Assembly (NCBI GenBank): GCA_046529635.1
Contig: CP134495.1
Location: 1,694,556 to 1,758,555, forward strand
Source: Mycoplasmatota bacterium WC30
Lineage (GTDB): Bacteria; Bacillota_I; Bacilli_A; Izemoplasmatales; Hujiaoplasmataceae
Length of the DNA stretch: 64,000 bases
Direction: 5' to 3'
The notes under the pieces were generated by a model. That model saw only the letters and a list, made by a program, of their open reading frames with translations. It ran no database searches and was not told the DNA's origin. This document shows, in pieces, positions 1 to 9,687 of the stretch (its first letter is position 1; each line of letters opens with the position of its first letter). A program made the position numbers and the translations under genes.

Positions 1-1
1 A

Positions 2-2359
2 GTGCGAGATTTTGTTAATAAACTATACCACTTGAATGAAAGACAACATGATGGTGAGTTTTTAGTTAATACAAAAAGCAACGAAAAACTTCTTTGGGAT
101 TTTTATTCAACTTACTTAGGTAAAACAAAAGATGGATATAAAATGGCGATGAGCGTTGCGATTGATGTTACTGAAAGACAAAAATTGCTAAATAATTTGA
201 AATATGAACATGATAAATCACAACAGTATTTAGATGTCGCTGGAGTTATGCTCATTGTTCTAGATAATGAAGGAAATATCTCGAATATTAATGAAAAAGG
301 CTGTGAAATTCTTGAAGCAAAGGAAAATGAACTCATAGGAAAAAATTGGTTTGATAACTTTATTTCTGAAGAAATCAGAGACAATATTAAGAAAGTTTTC
401 TCGAATGTATTTAATAAAAGCGAGGACCTAGATTTGCATTTTGAAAATGAAATAATCACAGCTATGGGAAAAAAGAAAATCATAAATTGGTACAACACAG
501 TTATATATGACACAGAAAACAATGTTACTGGGGTTTTATCTTCAGGGGAAGATATTACCGAAAAGAAAGAATATGAAAAAGCTTTATTCGCTAGCAATCA
601 AAGATTTGAAAAGTTATTCGATAAAGCACCATTTGGTTATCAATCTTTAGACATAAATGGTAATTTCATTGAAGTTAATAATACTTGGTTGAATACAATG
701 GGTTATCAAAAAGATGAAGTTATTGGAAAATGGTTTGGTGATTTTTTACCTCAAGCATCTAAAGAGGAGTTCAAAAAAAGATTTAAAATCTTTAAAGAAA
801 AAGGGAAGATTCATTCAACGTTTCAAATGCTTCGTAAAAATGGAGATAAGGTATTAATAGAATTTGAAGGACTTATCGGTTATGATGAAAATCAACAGTT
901 TGCTCAGACATACTGTAATTTGAACGACATCACCAAGCGTAAGGAAATAGAAGAACAATTATTAATGAGTGAGAGTAATCTTAAATTGGCGCAGTCTATT
1001 GCTAAAATTGGTTCATGGGAGATAAATTTGGTTGATGGCTCTATGTGGGCGTCCAAAGAAGCATTTAAAATATATGAAATTGATGAGGAAAGCGGATTTG
1101 TTGATATAACTTCTATTCAAACGATGGTTGATAAGGATGATAGAGAGAAATTAGATATTGCTTTAGAAGAATTAATTAATAACAATAAACCATATGATGT
1201 AGTTTTTAAGCTACACACAAAAGATAGAAATATTAAATATATAAATTCTCGAGCTATTCTATTTACTGACTCAAAAAATAAACCAGTCAAAGTTATTGGT
1301 GTAATTCATGATATTTCAGACTTAAAGTATAAAGAACTTGAATTAGTGCATCTAAGCCAACGAGATTATTTGACAAATTTATATAATAGACGTTACTATT
1401 TTGAACAATTCAAACTGCTGAATAACCCAAGATATTATCCGCTTGGAGTAATGATGTTAGATTTGAATGGACTTAAAATAATTAATGATGCATTTGGTCA
1501 CTCGGCCGGAGATTTTGCATTAAAAACGATAGGAGATGTGTTAAAGGATTCATTTGAAGATAAAGATGTGGTTTCCAGAATTGGTGGAGATGAATTTACA
1601 GTCTTATTACCAAATACCTCATCTGAAAAACTTCAATACTACAAAGAAGAAATTATAAAAATTGTTAAAACAAAGAGTGTTGATAATATTGAATTATCAA
1701 TCGCTATTGGCTATGAATTAAAGAATAACATTAATGAAAAAATTGACGATATTCAAAAGTCAGCTGAAAATCGTATGTATCGACACAAGACAACCGAAGG
1801 ATCAAGTGTACGAAGCAAGGCAATTAATGCTATTTTACATACATTATCTGAGAAATACGAAGCTGAAAGAAGACATTCGAATAAAGTTAGCGAATTATGT
1901 AAAGAAATCGGAATAAAACTTAATTTAAGAGAAGATGAAATTAAAGAACTTGAACAAGCTGGTTTATTTCATGATATCGGAAAGATTTCAATTCCTGATA
2001 GTATTTTGAATAAACCTGGGAAATTGACTTTTGACGAATTTGAAGTTATTAAATCTCATACTGAAGTTGGATACCAAATATTAAGAGCTGCAGATGAGTA
2101 TTCAGATTTAGCTATCCAAGCACTACATCATCATGAAAGATGGGATGGTAAAGGTTATCCAAACGGAATGAAAGGTGAAGAAATCCCACTATTCTCTAGG
2201 ATTATTTGCGTCGTAGATGCCTATGAAGCTATGACAGCTGATAGGCCATATCGAAAAAAATTAAGTAATGAATATGCAAAATCAGAAATCAAAAAATATG
2301 CTGGCACCCAGTTTGATCCGAAGATTTCGAAGATATTCGTTGAACAAGTTCTAGAGTAA
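2..2359 (+). CDS. PAS-GGDEF-HD-GYP multidomain c-di-GMP signalling protein (5' partial; continues upstream of window)
   Basis: The ORF runs to the window edge. It has several PAS-like repeats, a GGDEF motif (RIGGDEF), and an HD-GYP domain (LFHDIGKI ... HHERWDGKGYP). It ends with TAA at 2357-2359. Confidence 0.75.
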   Translation: MRDFVNKLYHLNERQHDGEFLVNTKSNEKLLWDFYSTYLGKTKDGYKMAMSVAIDVTERQKLLNNLKYEHDKSQQYLDVAGVMLIVLDNEGNISNINEKGCEILEAKENELIGKNWFDNFISEEIRDNIKKVFSNVFNKSEDLDLHFENEIITAMGKKKIINWYNTVIYDTENNVTGVLSSGEDITEKKEYEKALFASNQRFEKLFDKAPFGYQSLDINGNFIEVNNTWLNTMGYQKDEVIGKWFGDFLPQASKEEFKKRFKIFKEKGKIHSTFQMLRKNGDKVLIEFEGLIGYDENQQFAQTYCNLNDITKRKEIEEQLLMSESNLKLAQSIAKIGSWEINLVDGSMWASKEAFKIYEIDEESGFVDITSIQTMVDKDDREKLDIALEELINNNKPYDVVFKLHTKDRNIKYINSRAILFTDSKNKPVKVIGVIHDISDLKYKELELVHLSQRDYLTNLYNRRYYFEQFKLLNNPRYYPLGVMMLDLNGLKIINDAFGHSAGDFALKTIGDVLKDSFEDKDVVSRIGGDEFTVLLPNTSSEKLQYYKEEIIKIVKTKSVDNIELSIAIGYELKNNINEKIDDIQKSAENRMYRHKTTEGSSVRSKAINAILHTLSEKYEAERRHSNKVSELCKEIGIKLNLREDEIKELEQAGLFHDIGKISIPDSILNKPGKLTFDEFEVIKSHTEVGYQILRAADEYSDLAIQALHHHERWDGKGYPNGMKGEEIPLFSRIICVVDAYEAMTADRPYRKKLSNEYAKSEIKKYAGTQFDPKISKIFVEQVLE

Positions 2360-2412
2360 GAAATATTTAGTAAAGGATTAAATATTCAGAACACAATAAA
2401 AATGGAGGAATT

Positions 2413-2898
2413 ATGATTATATCAAAACCAACACAAGAAGAGTTTAATGAGTGGTTAGATATTTCTACTAATGTTCAAGCTGATGACCGCGCATTTACTA
2501 ATGATTCAAATCCTGAAACAGAATTAATGAAGCTAAAGCAATTTATACCAATGATACTGCCAGATGGGCAAAATACTTCAGGTCACTATTTTAATATTTT
2601 ATCAACAGACGAAATCCATAATATTGGATTCATATGGTTTGGTTCATTTCCTGGATTAGACGAAGAGACAATCATCCTTTTGGATATTATGTTAAAAGAA
2701 CAATATAGGTCATGTGGATATGGAAGAAAATTATTAAAACAAATGCAAAATGTAATGAGAGAAAAGGGATATAAAAAAATATTTCTATCAGTGCTGAAAA
2801 AGAATTTCGCACTAAAGTTATATGAATCACTAGGATATAAGATAATTAATGAAAAACCTAAATATCAAGAGATGATATTGGATTTGACTGAATTATAG
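2413..2898 (+). CDS. GNAT family N-acetyltransferase
   Basis: 161 aa with an acetyl-CoA binding-like motif (RSCGYGRKLL). An RBS GGAGG sits 7 nt upstream of the ATG. Confidence 0.6.
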   Translation: MIISKPTQEEFNEWLDISTNVQADDRAFTNDSNPETELMKLKQFIPMILPDGQNTSGHYFNILSTDEIHNIGFIWFGSFPGLDEETIILLDIMLKEQYRSCGYGRKLLKQMQNVMREKGYKKIFLSVLKKNFALKLYESLGYKIINEKPKYQEMILDLTEL

Positions 2899-2994
2899 TT
2901 TTATTTAGTTTTAAAATTTAAAAGCAAACTTTTTGTTCTAGATAGTGTTAGATGTTTTGATTATATATATATCATAATAATGGTATATATATTT

Positions 2995-3018
2995 GTTTAG
3001 TTGATTCTATGGTATAAT
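2995..3018 (+). promoter_or_regulatory. Extended -10 promoter (TGgTATAAT) upstream of small ORF 3117..3338
   Basis: TGgTATAAT lies at 3010-3018 in an AT-rich intergenic region. Confidence 0.35.
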
Positions 3019-3116
3019 ACTCTTGTTACATTAATCAATTATTTTTATTTTGCTATTTCCTTATTTATGTTTATTGGTAGAAATAATCATAATAGCATAA
3101 AGAAGGGAGAAGACAG

Positions 3117-3338
3117 ATGGATGTGTATTATATAGTTACTAACGATGGATTTTTAAAACGTTATTATTCAAAACAAGATACATCAGTTGGAGGTAGTAAA
3201 GAAACCACAACTAGGTTCTCAGCTACAATAAGAAACGCCATGGGATTTGACTCGATTGAAGAAGCGAATAATATTATCGTAGAAAAATCAATAGAGTGTA
3301 TAATTATCGATCAAAATGGTATTAAACAAATTTATTAA
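3117..3338 (+). CDS. hypothetical small protein (73 aa)
   Basis: Strong RBS AAGGGAGAAG upstream of the ATG. No recognisable motif. Confidence 0.4.
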   Translation: MDVYYIVTNDGFLKRYYSKQDTSVGGSKETTTRFSATIRNAMGFDSIEEANNIIVEKSIECIIIDQNGIKQIY

Positions 3339-3541
3339 GAATTAGTAGTCAAAAATATTAGAAGTGATTTAATCACTTCTTTTTTGATGACTTAAAAGAA
3401 AAAACAAAGGATTTTTTATAACATTTAATAGGTGATATAATATAACTGTATAAAATGTCACCTAAAACAAACTTAATGTCAACTAGGATTGGTAGTATGA
3501 TAATCTAATATATTGTATTATTTGAGTAGGAGGTAATTATT

Positions 3542-4054
3542 ATGATTCATAAAGTCGGAGAACGAATAAGCGCACATCGTAAAGAGCGTAATATGTCACA
3601 AGAAGAATTAGGGGCATTACTAAATGTAAGTCGTCAAACCATTAGTAAATGGGAGACAAGCGATACTTTACCTGATGTATATAATATTGTAGCACTTGCT
3701 CAATTGTTTCATCTATCTTTAGATGCTTTGGTATTAGGAGCACAAAATAGGTATGGAGGATCCTCTTATATGTCAATACTTAAAGATAAGAGACGTAAAA
3801 CAAATCTTCTTGCTATTATTATTGGTTCCTTTGGTTCGATTATGTTTGTAATCTCAATTGTCCTTTCAGAAGCGCTTGAAGTTCCAAGATCTGATATGGG
3901 AATCATTATGGCAATGGTATTTCCAGCAATGATGATATGTTGGGCATTTGGAATTTGGGGTTTCATTAAAGTAGGTCGTATAAATGATGAAATTAAATAT
4001 CTAGAGAAACTTGAACTAATTAATCTGCAAAACAATAATAATCAAAAAAGCTAG
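3542..4054 (+). CDS. XRE-family HTH transcriptional regulator with C-terminal transmembrane segments
   Basis: N-terminal HTH (LGALLNVSRQTISKWE). Two hydrophobic helices in the C-terminal half. RBS TAGGAGG. Confidence 0.6.
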   Translation: MIHKVGERISAHRKERNMSQEELGALLNVSRQTISKWETSDTLPDVYNIVALAQLFHLSLDALVLGAQNRYGGSSYMSILKDKRRKTNLLAIIIGSFGSIMFVISIVLSEALEVPRSDMGIIMAMVFPAMMICWAFGIWGFIKVGRINDEIKYLEKLELINLQNNNNQKS

Positions 4055-4078
4055 ATTCTAAATTGAATCTAGTTTTTA
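4051..4078 (+). terminator. Rho-independent terminator after the XRE regulator gene
   Basis: 8-bp stem ctagattc / gaatctag with a 6-nt loop, then TTTTT. The stop codon is inside the stem. Confidence 0.6.
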
Positions 4079-4293
4079 TATATATGGTGTGGCCGTCGAC
4101 GAATCATATCTAGAATTATACTCAAGTGATGAGATTTGTTCTTTTCTCGAATAAATACCCATATCAAATCTCGTACATGTTTGCAAAGCACTTGTTAAAC
4201 CGAAACCGCATAAATATGCACATATTTGCAATATATTTTTATAAGTTGTAAAATAAAGTATTAAAATATATTGATTTCAAAAAAGGGGATACA

Positions 4294-4602
4294 ATGAAAA
4301 AAATTCTAGTTTTAGGGATGGTTTTATTCGCAATGTTTGCATTAAATGCATGTGGACCCGGAGAGGTAGTGATACCTGATGACGCTGTTGTAGCAGAATG
4401 TCCCGCAGGGAACATTTACAAGTATATTTATAAAGATGATCTTGTATATGAATTTTATTTTGACGGAGAGTTACAGGATGAAAGCATGTTAGGTGTTGTT
4501 CAGGGAAATGTAGATACCGCAGGAACAGCTAGAGCATTTTTGGATGAAACCTTCGGAGAAGGAGTATGTGCTTTTACAACCTACGGTTCAACTAAAGAAT
4601 AA
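4294..4602 (+). CDS. small lipoprotein (102 aa)
   Basis: Signal peptide with lipobox LNAC. RBS AAGGGGA. Confidence 0.5.
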   Translation: MKKILVLGMVLFAMFALNACGPGEVVIPDDAVVAECPAGNIYKYIYKDDLVYEFYFDGELQDESMLGVVQGNVDTAGTARAFLDETFGEGVCAFTTYGSTKE

Positions 4603-4752
4603 GTTAATAATTTAATTGATTATAAAAAGGGGCGCATATTTATGCGGTCTTTTTATATTTTTTATGGTGGTCTAATTATTAATCCATGATATAATTTTTA
4701 TATGATATAGACATTATTAGAACATCATTGATTACGAAAGGTTGACAAAAAT

Positions 4753-5466
4753 ATGATAAACACAATACTATTCGATTTAGATGGAACATTATTACCGATG
4801 GATTTAAATAAGTTCATGACAATATATTTTAAGCTTCTTGCTAAACATTTGCAGGAATCCATAGATCCAAATAAAATCACAGATATAATGATGGAATGCA
4901 CTACATTAATGGTCAATAATACTGAGCCTATTATAAATCAAGAAGTATTCATGAAAAGGTTTAGTGAATTAGTAGGTGGAGATAGCAATCTTTATTTAGC
5001 TAAATTTCACGAGTTTTATGACAATCAATTTCAAGAGGTACAGAAATCTACTTGGCAAAACGAAGATATCATAAAAAGTGTAAAACTGTTAAAAGAAAAA
5101 GGATACAAGATTGTTTTAGCCACAAATCCATTGTTCCCAATGAGAGCTAATCATCATAGAATTAGATGGGCTGGATTCAAACCAGATGATTTTATTTATA
5201 TTTCATCATTCGAAAAAAATAGTTATTGCAAACCTCACCTAGAGTACTACAAAGAGGTTTTATCTGAAATTAACAAACTTCCAGATGAATGTATGATGGT
5301 AGGGAATGATGCATATGAAGATATGGTTTCAGGAAAACTTGGATTAAAAACTTTTTTAATTACTGATTGTTTAGTAAATAAGCATGATTTAGAAATAAAA
5401 GCTGATAACATTGGAACTTATAAAGAATTTAATGAATTTGCCAAGAACTTGGAAAAAGTTGCTTAA
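4753..5466 (+). CDS. HAD-superfamily hydrolase
   Basis: N-terminal DxD motif (ILFDLDGTLLP). Length 237 aa. Confidence 0.65.
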   Translation: MINTILFDLDGTLLPMDLNKFMTIYFKLLAKHLQESIDPNKITDIMMECTTLMVNNTEPIINQEVFMKRFSELVGGDSNLYLAKFHEFYDNQFQEVQKSTWQNEDIIKSVKLLKEKGYKIVLATNPLFPMRANHHRIRWAGFKPDDFIYISSFEKNSYCKPHLEYYKEVLSEINKLPDECMMVGNDAYEDMVSGKLGLKTFLITDCLVNKHDLEIKADNIGTYKEFNEFAKNLEKVA

Positions 5467-5647
5467 TAGATATTTTATATATAACACTTAAACTGAGAAA
5501 TTAGTAGTATTTTTAATACTATATATTATTTCTCGGTTTTTTATATATTTTATGTAGATGGTATAATTAATTATTAAAATGAAATGATAGCAATATCAGT
5601 CAAGAAATATTTCTTTCATTAAAGTAAAATATTAGGGAGGTGAGATT

Positions 5648-6526
5648 TTGGAAGATAAAATTAAAGCAGTAAGAAAAATTCAAAACTACATTAGCAACAA
5701 AATTAAAGAACCGATAACCCTTTCGGATGTATCAAAAGTAGCGAATTATTCACTTTGGTATACATCTAGGATATTTAAGGAATTAACTGGAAAAACTATA
5801 TTCGAGTATATTAGATCAGTAAGGCTTACAAACGCAGCTAAGACTTTAAGGGATACTGATAAATTGGTAATTGATGTTGCATTTGATTTTGTTTTTGATT
5901 CTCATGAAGGTTTTACTAGAGCTTTTTCAAAAGAATTTAATATTACTCCAAAAACCTACCAAAAATCACCAGTTCCATTACAATACTTTATACCATATCA
6001 AGTAATGGATAAATCTTTGAGAAAGGAAAAGAAAGAGATTATGGAAATTAAATCAGTATTTGTCCAAGTTGTTGAAAGACCAAAAAGAAAAGCAATAATT
6101 AAGAGAGGAGTTAAAGCTACTCATTACTTTGAGTATTGTGAAGAAGTAAATTGCGATATTTGGGGAGTTTTATCAAGTGTTAAAGAAGCGATATCTGAAC
6201 CGGTGGGTATGTGGTTAAGTAAGAAACTACAGAAACCAAATACGTCACTTTATGTTCAAGGTGTAGAGGTGAATGATGATTACAAAGGAAAAATACCTGA
6301 AGGCTGTGAAATTATTGATTTACCAGAAACAAAAATGATGATATTTCAAGGAGAACCATATGACGATGAAAATTTTGAAACGGAAGTATCTCAGGTTATG
6401 AATTATGTTTCAAAGTATAACCCAAAAGTACATGGATATGATTATGATAAAAATGGGTATCGTTTTCAATATGAACCACTTGGTTACAGAGGATACATTG
6501 AGGGAAGAACAGTTATAAAACTTTAA
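5648..6526 (+). CDS. AraC-family transcriptional regulator with GyrI-like effector-binding domain
   Basis: TTG start preceded by RBS AGGGAGGTG. AraC HTH in the N-terminal 100 aa and a GyrI-like C-terminal half. Confidence 0.55.
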   Translation: MEDKIKAVRKIQNYISNKIKEPITLSDVSKVANYSLWYTSRIFKELTGKTIFEYIRSVRLTNAAKTLRDTDKLVIDVAFDFVFDSHEGFTRAFSKEFNITPKTYQKSPVPLQYFIPYQVMDKSLRKEKKEIMEIKSVFVQVVERPKRKAIIKRGVKATHYFEYCEEVNCDIWGVLSSVKEAISEPVGMWLSKKLQKPNTSLYVQGVEVNDDYKGKIPEGCEIIDLPETKMMIFQGEPYDDENFETEVSQVMNYVSKYNPKVHGYDYDKNGYRFQYEPLGYRGYIEGRTVIKL

Positions 6527-6753
6527 AAATACTTTGCCTTAGAAGAAAAACTATTACCTTGAAAAAATATAGAACAGAAACACTTTACAAATCGAAAATT
6601 GTAATCCTAGAGTTCATTCTAATAAGAGTGAACTTTTTGACTTTAATAAACATATAAGGTAGTATATTTCTGTATTTCACAAAATCATCAAATTTAAAAT
6701 GTGATTTCCGTAGTAAAATTAGAGTGACGAAATATTAAAGAGCTGGTGGTTAA

Positions 6754-9687
6754 ATGTTAAAAGTAGGAATAGATATCGGATCAACTACAATAAAATGTGT
6801 AATTCTAAATGAAAATTTAGAATTATGTTACAAAGATTATATGCGCCATAAAAGTAGTATTACAAAATCACTGATAATTTTGCTGAATGGTATTAAAAAT
6901 TACAATGTTAATAGTGAGGAAATGTATTTTAATATTACTGGGAGTGCAGGAATGTTAATAGCCAAGGATATTAATATTCAATTTACTCAAGAAGTTATAA
7001 GCGCAACTAAAGCGATTAAAAAGCAAGAAAAAGCGATTGATTGTTGTATCGAATTAGGTGGAGAAGATGCAAAAATCATTTTTTTTGATGGTAACAATGT
7101 TGAACAAAGAATGAATGGGACCTGTGCTGGTGGTACTGGAGCGTTTATTGATCAAATGGCTACATTATTAGATGTTGATCTAATTCAGTTAAATGAACTA
7201 GCTAAAACCTATGAAAAAATATATCCAATAGCTTCTCGATGTGGAGTGTTCGCAAAAAGTGATATACAACCCTTATTAAATCAAGGTGCGAATCATAATG
7301 ATATTGCTGTAAGTATTTACCAAGCTATTGTAAATCAAACTATAGCGGGTTTAAGTCAAGGACGTAAGATCAAAGGGAACGTAGCTTTTTTAGGTGGACC
7401 TTTAACATTTTCTAGTGAACTGCGTAAAAGATTTATTGAAACTCTAAACCTAGATGATGTATTAATACCAACCAATGGTGAAGTATTTGTAGCTTATGGT
7501 GCAGCTTTAGCGGCCGATGAGACTTTAATTTCTATTGAAGAACTTTTAAATATTGTCACGGATTATGAAAATCGTGAAGATAGAAAAGTAAAAAAAACCT
7601 TAAGCGCTTTGTTTGCTAATAGTCAAGAACTTGAAGAGTTTAAAGAAAGACACTCTGTCGCAAAAATAGATGAAATAAATATTGAAACATATACAGGTAA
7701 TGCTTATTTAGGTATTGATGCAGGGAGCACTACCACAAAATTAGTTCTTTTAAGCGAGGATAACAAAATACTTTATTATTTCTACTCACATAATAAAGGT
7801 AATCCAGTTGATATGGTAAAAACAGCTTTATATGAAATATATAAAGTTAAAAGTGATAAAGTTAACATTGTTTGTTCATATAGTACAGGATATGGTGAAG
7901 AATTAATAAAAAATGCTTTTAATTTAGATGGTAGTGAAGTTGAGACAATCTGTCATTATAAAGCCGCATCTTTCTTTAATAAAGATGTTGATTTTATAAT
8001 AGACATTGGTGGCCAAGATATGAAATGTTTTAAAATAACTAATGGTGTAATCTCATCCATTATCCTCAATGAAGCTTGTAGTAGTGGCTGTGGGAGCTTT
8101 TTAGAAACATTTAGTACTGGACTTGGTTATGACATTAAAGACTTTGCAACCCTAGCTTTAGAATCTCGTGAGCCTGTTGATTTAGGTAGTAGATGTACAG
8201 TTTTTATGAATAGCGGAGTCAAACAGGCACAAGCTGAGGCAGCTAAAACGGAAGACATCAGTGCGGGATTAGCATACAGCGTTGTTAAGAACGCATTATA
8301 TAAAGTAATTAGAACCGTTGATGCCCGTCATGATCTAGGCAATAATATAATTGTTCAAGGTGGTACTTTCTATAACAACGCAGTATTAAGAGCCTTTGAA
8401 AAAGAAATAGGCATGGAAGTCATTAGACCAAATATTGCCGGATTAATGGGAGCTTTTGGCGCGGCTTTAATTGCCAAAGAAAACACAAAAGAAAAATCCT
8501 CTTTGCTTCATATAAAAGAATTGGAAAATTTCACATATACAACCAAAAAAGCAGTATGTCGTAAATGTAGTAATTACTGTGGCTTAACAATCAATATCTT
8601 TAATAATGGGAAGTATATTTCTGGAAATCGTTGTGAAAAAGGTGCAGGTACAAATTCTAAAAAGGATCAAATACCAAACTTATATTTATATAAGTACAAT
8701 AAGATCATGAGTTATAAATCAAGTGAAAACAAAACCTATAGAGCCAAAGTAGGAATCCCCTTAGTAATGAATATGTATGAAAATATTCCATTTTGGTTCA
8801 CTTTCTTTGATTCATTAGGTATGGAAGTGGTATATAGTGATCGTTCAACCAAAACCATCTATGAATTAGGACAAGACAGCATTCCTAGTGACACAGCTTG
8901 TTATCCTGCTAAAATAGCGCATGGACATATTGAAAATCTTATTATAAAGAATGTTGATAAGATATTTTATCCAAATATGCCATTTAATTTTATTGAAAAA
9001 GACTATCGTGACAACGAATATAATTGTCCAGTAGTAGCTTTTTATCCTGAAGTTATTGGCGCAAACATGGAAAATCTTGATTTAAACAACTATCTAAAAC
9101 CATATCTCAGTTTAAATGAAAAAAGATACTTTATGAAAAACCTTTTAGCGTCATTTGAAAACGGACATCGAATACCAATGAGTCGGGCTGCTAAGGCTTA
9201 TGATAAAGCACTGAAAGCATACCATGATTATCGTAAAGATATTTTAGAATATGGTCAATTAGCCTTAAAATATGCCAAAGACAATAACAAAAAGATAATT
9301 TTATTGGCAGGAAGACCATATCATATAGATCCTGAAATTAATCACGGGATTCCAAAATTATTACAAAGTTTAGATGTAGTAGTTTTAAGTGAGGATTCTG
9401 TAAATACACTTGCCGATCAAGATTTGGTTAAAGTATTAAATCAATGGACGTATCATACAAGATTATATGATAGTGCAAAATTTATTAGTACTATTCCAAA
9501 TGCTAATCTAATTCAATTGATTTCCTTTGGATGTGGACTAGACGCAATAACCAGCGATGAAGTAAAAGACATTTTAGAAAATAACGGAAAAATGTATACT
9601 AGTATAAAAATTGATGAAGCAAGTAATTTAGGAACTGCTAATATCCGTATTAGAAGTTTACTTTCAACAATGAAAGGAACAAAATAG
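6754..9687 (+). CDS. BadF/BadG/BcrA/BcrD-type tandem ATPase ('CoA-substrate-specific enzyme activase'-like) fused to a Cys-cluster domain
   Basis: Two ASKHA ATPase N-termini (VGIDIGSTTIKCV and LGIDAGSTTTKLV). A CxxCxxxC...C motif (CRKCSNYCG...RCEKG) lies in the C-terminal third. Total 977 aa. Confidence 0.65.
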   Translation: MLKVGIDIGSTTIKCVILNENLELCYKDYMRHKSSITKSLIILLNGIKNYNVNSEEMYFNITGSAGMLIAKDINIQFTQEVISATKAIKKQEKAIDCCIELGGEDAKIIFFDGNNVEQRMNGTCAGGTGAFIDQMATLLDVDLIQLNELAKTYEKIYPIASRCGVFAKSDIQPLLNQGANHNDIAVSIYQAIVNQTIAGLSQGRKIKGNVAFLGGPLTFSSELRKRFIETLNLDDVLIPTNGEVFVAYGAALAADETLISIEELLNIVTDYENREDRKVKKTLSALFANSQELEEFKERHSVAKIDEINIETYTGNAYLGIDAGSTTTKLVLLSEDNKILYYFYSHNKGNPVDMVKTALYEIYKVKSDKVNIVCSYSTGYGEELIKNAFNLDGSEVETICHYKAASFFNKDVDFIIDIGGQDMKCFKITNGVISSIILNEACSSGCGSFLETFSTGLGYDIKDFATLALESREPVDLGSRCTVFMNSGVKQAQAEAAKTEDISAGLAYSVVKNALYKVIRTVDARHDLGNNIIVQGGTFYNNAVLRAFEKEIGMEVIRPNIAGLMGAFGAALIAKENTKEKSSLLHIKELENFTYTTKKAVCRKCSNYCGLTINIFNNGKYISGNRCEKGAGTNSKKDQIPNLYLYKYNKIMSYKSSENKTYRAKVGIPLVMNMYENIPFWFTFFDSLGMEVVYSDRSTKTIYELGQDSIPSDTACYPAKIAHGHIENLIIKNVDKIFYPNMPFNFIEKDYRDNEYNCPVVAFYPEVIGANMENLDLNNYLKPYLSLNEKRYFMKNLLASFENGHRIPMSRAAKAYDKALKAYHDYRKDILEYGQLALKYAKDNNKKIILLAGRPYHIDPEINHGIPKLLQSLDVVVLSEDSVNTLADQDLVKVLNQWTYHTRLYDSAKFISTIPNANLIQLISFGCGLDAITSDEVKDILENNGKMYTSIKIDEASNLGTANIRIRSLLSTMKGTK

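Noticed and set aside
112-597. 161-aa minus-strand ORF inside the PAS-GGDEF-HD-GYP gene
   Set aside because: Antisense shadow ORF. It is low-complexity and Ser/Phe-rich, with no RBS, and is fully contained in a well-supported gene.
3766-4035. 89-aa minus-strand ORF inside the XRE membrane regulator gene
   Set aside because: Shadow ORF. It is Ile-rich and has no start context.
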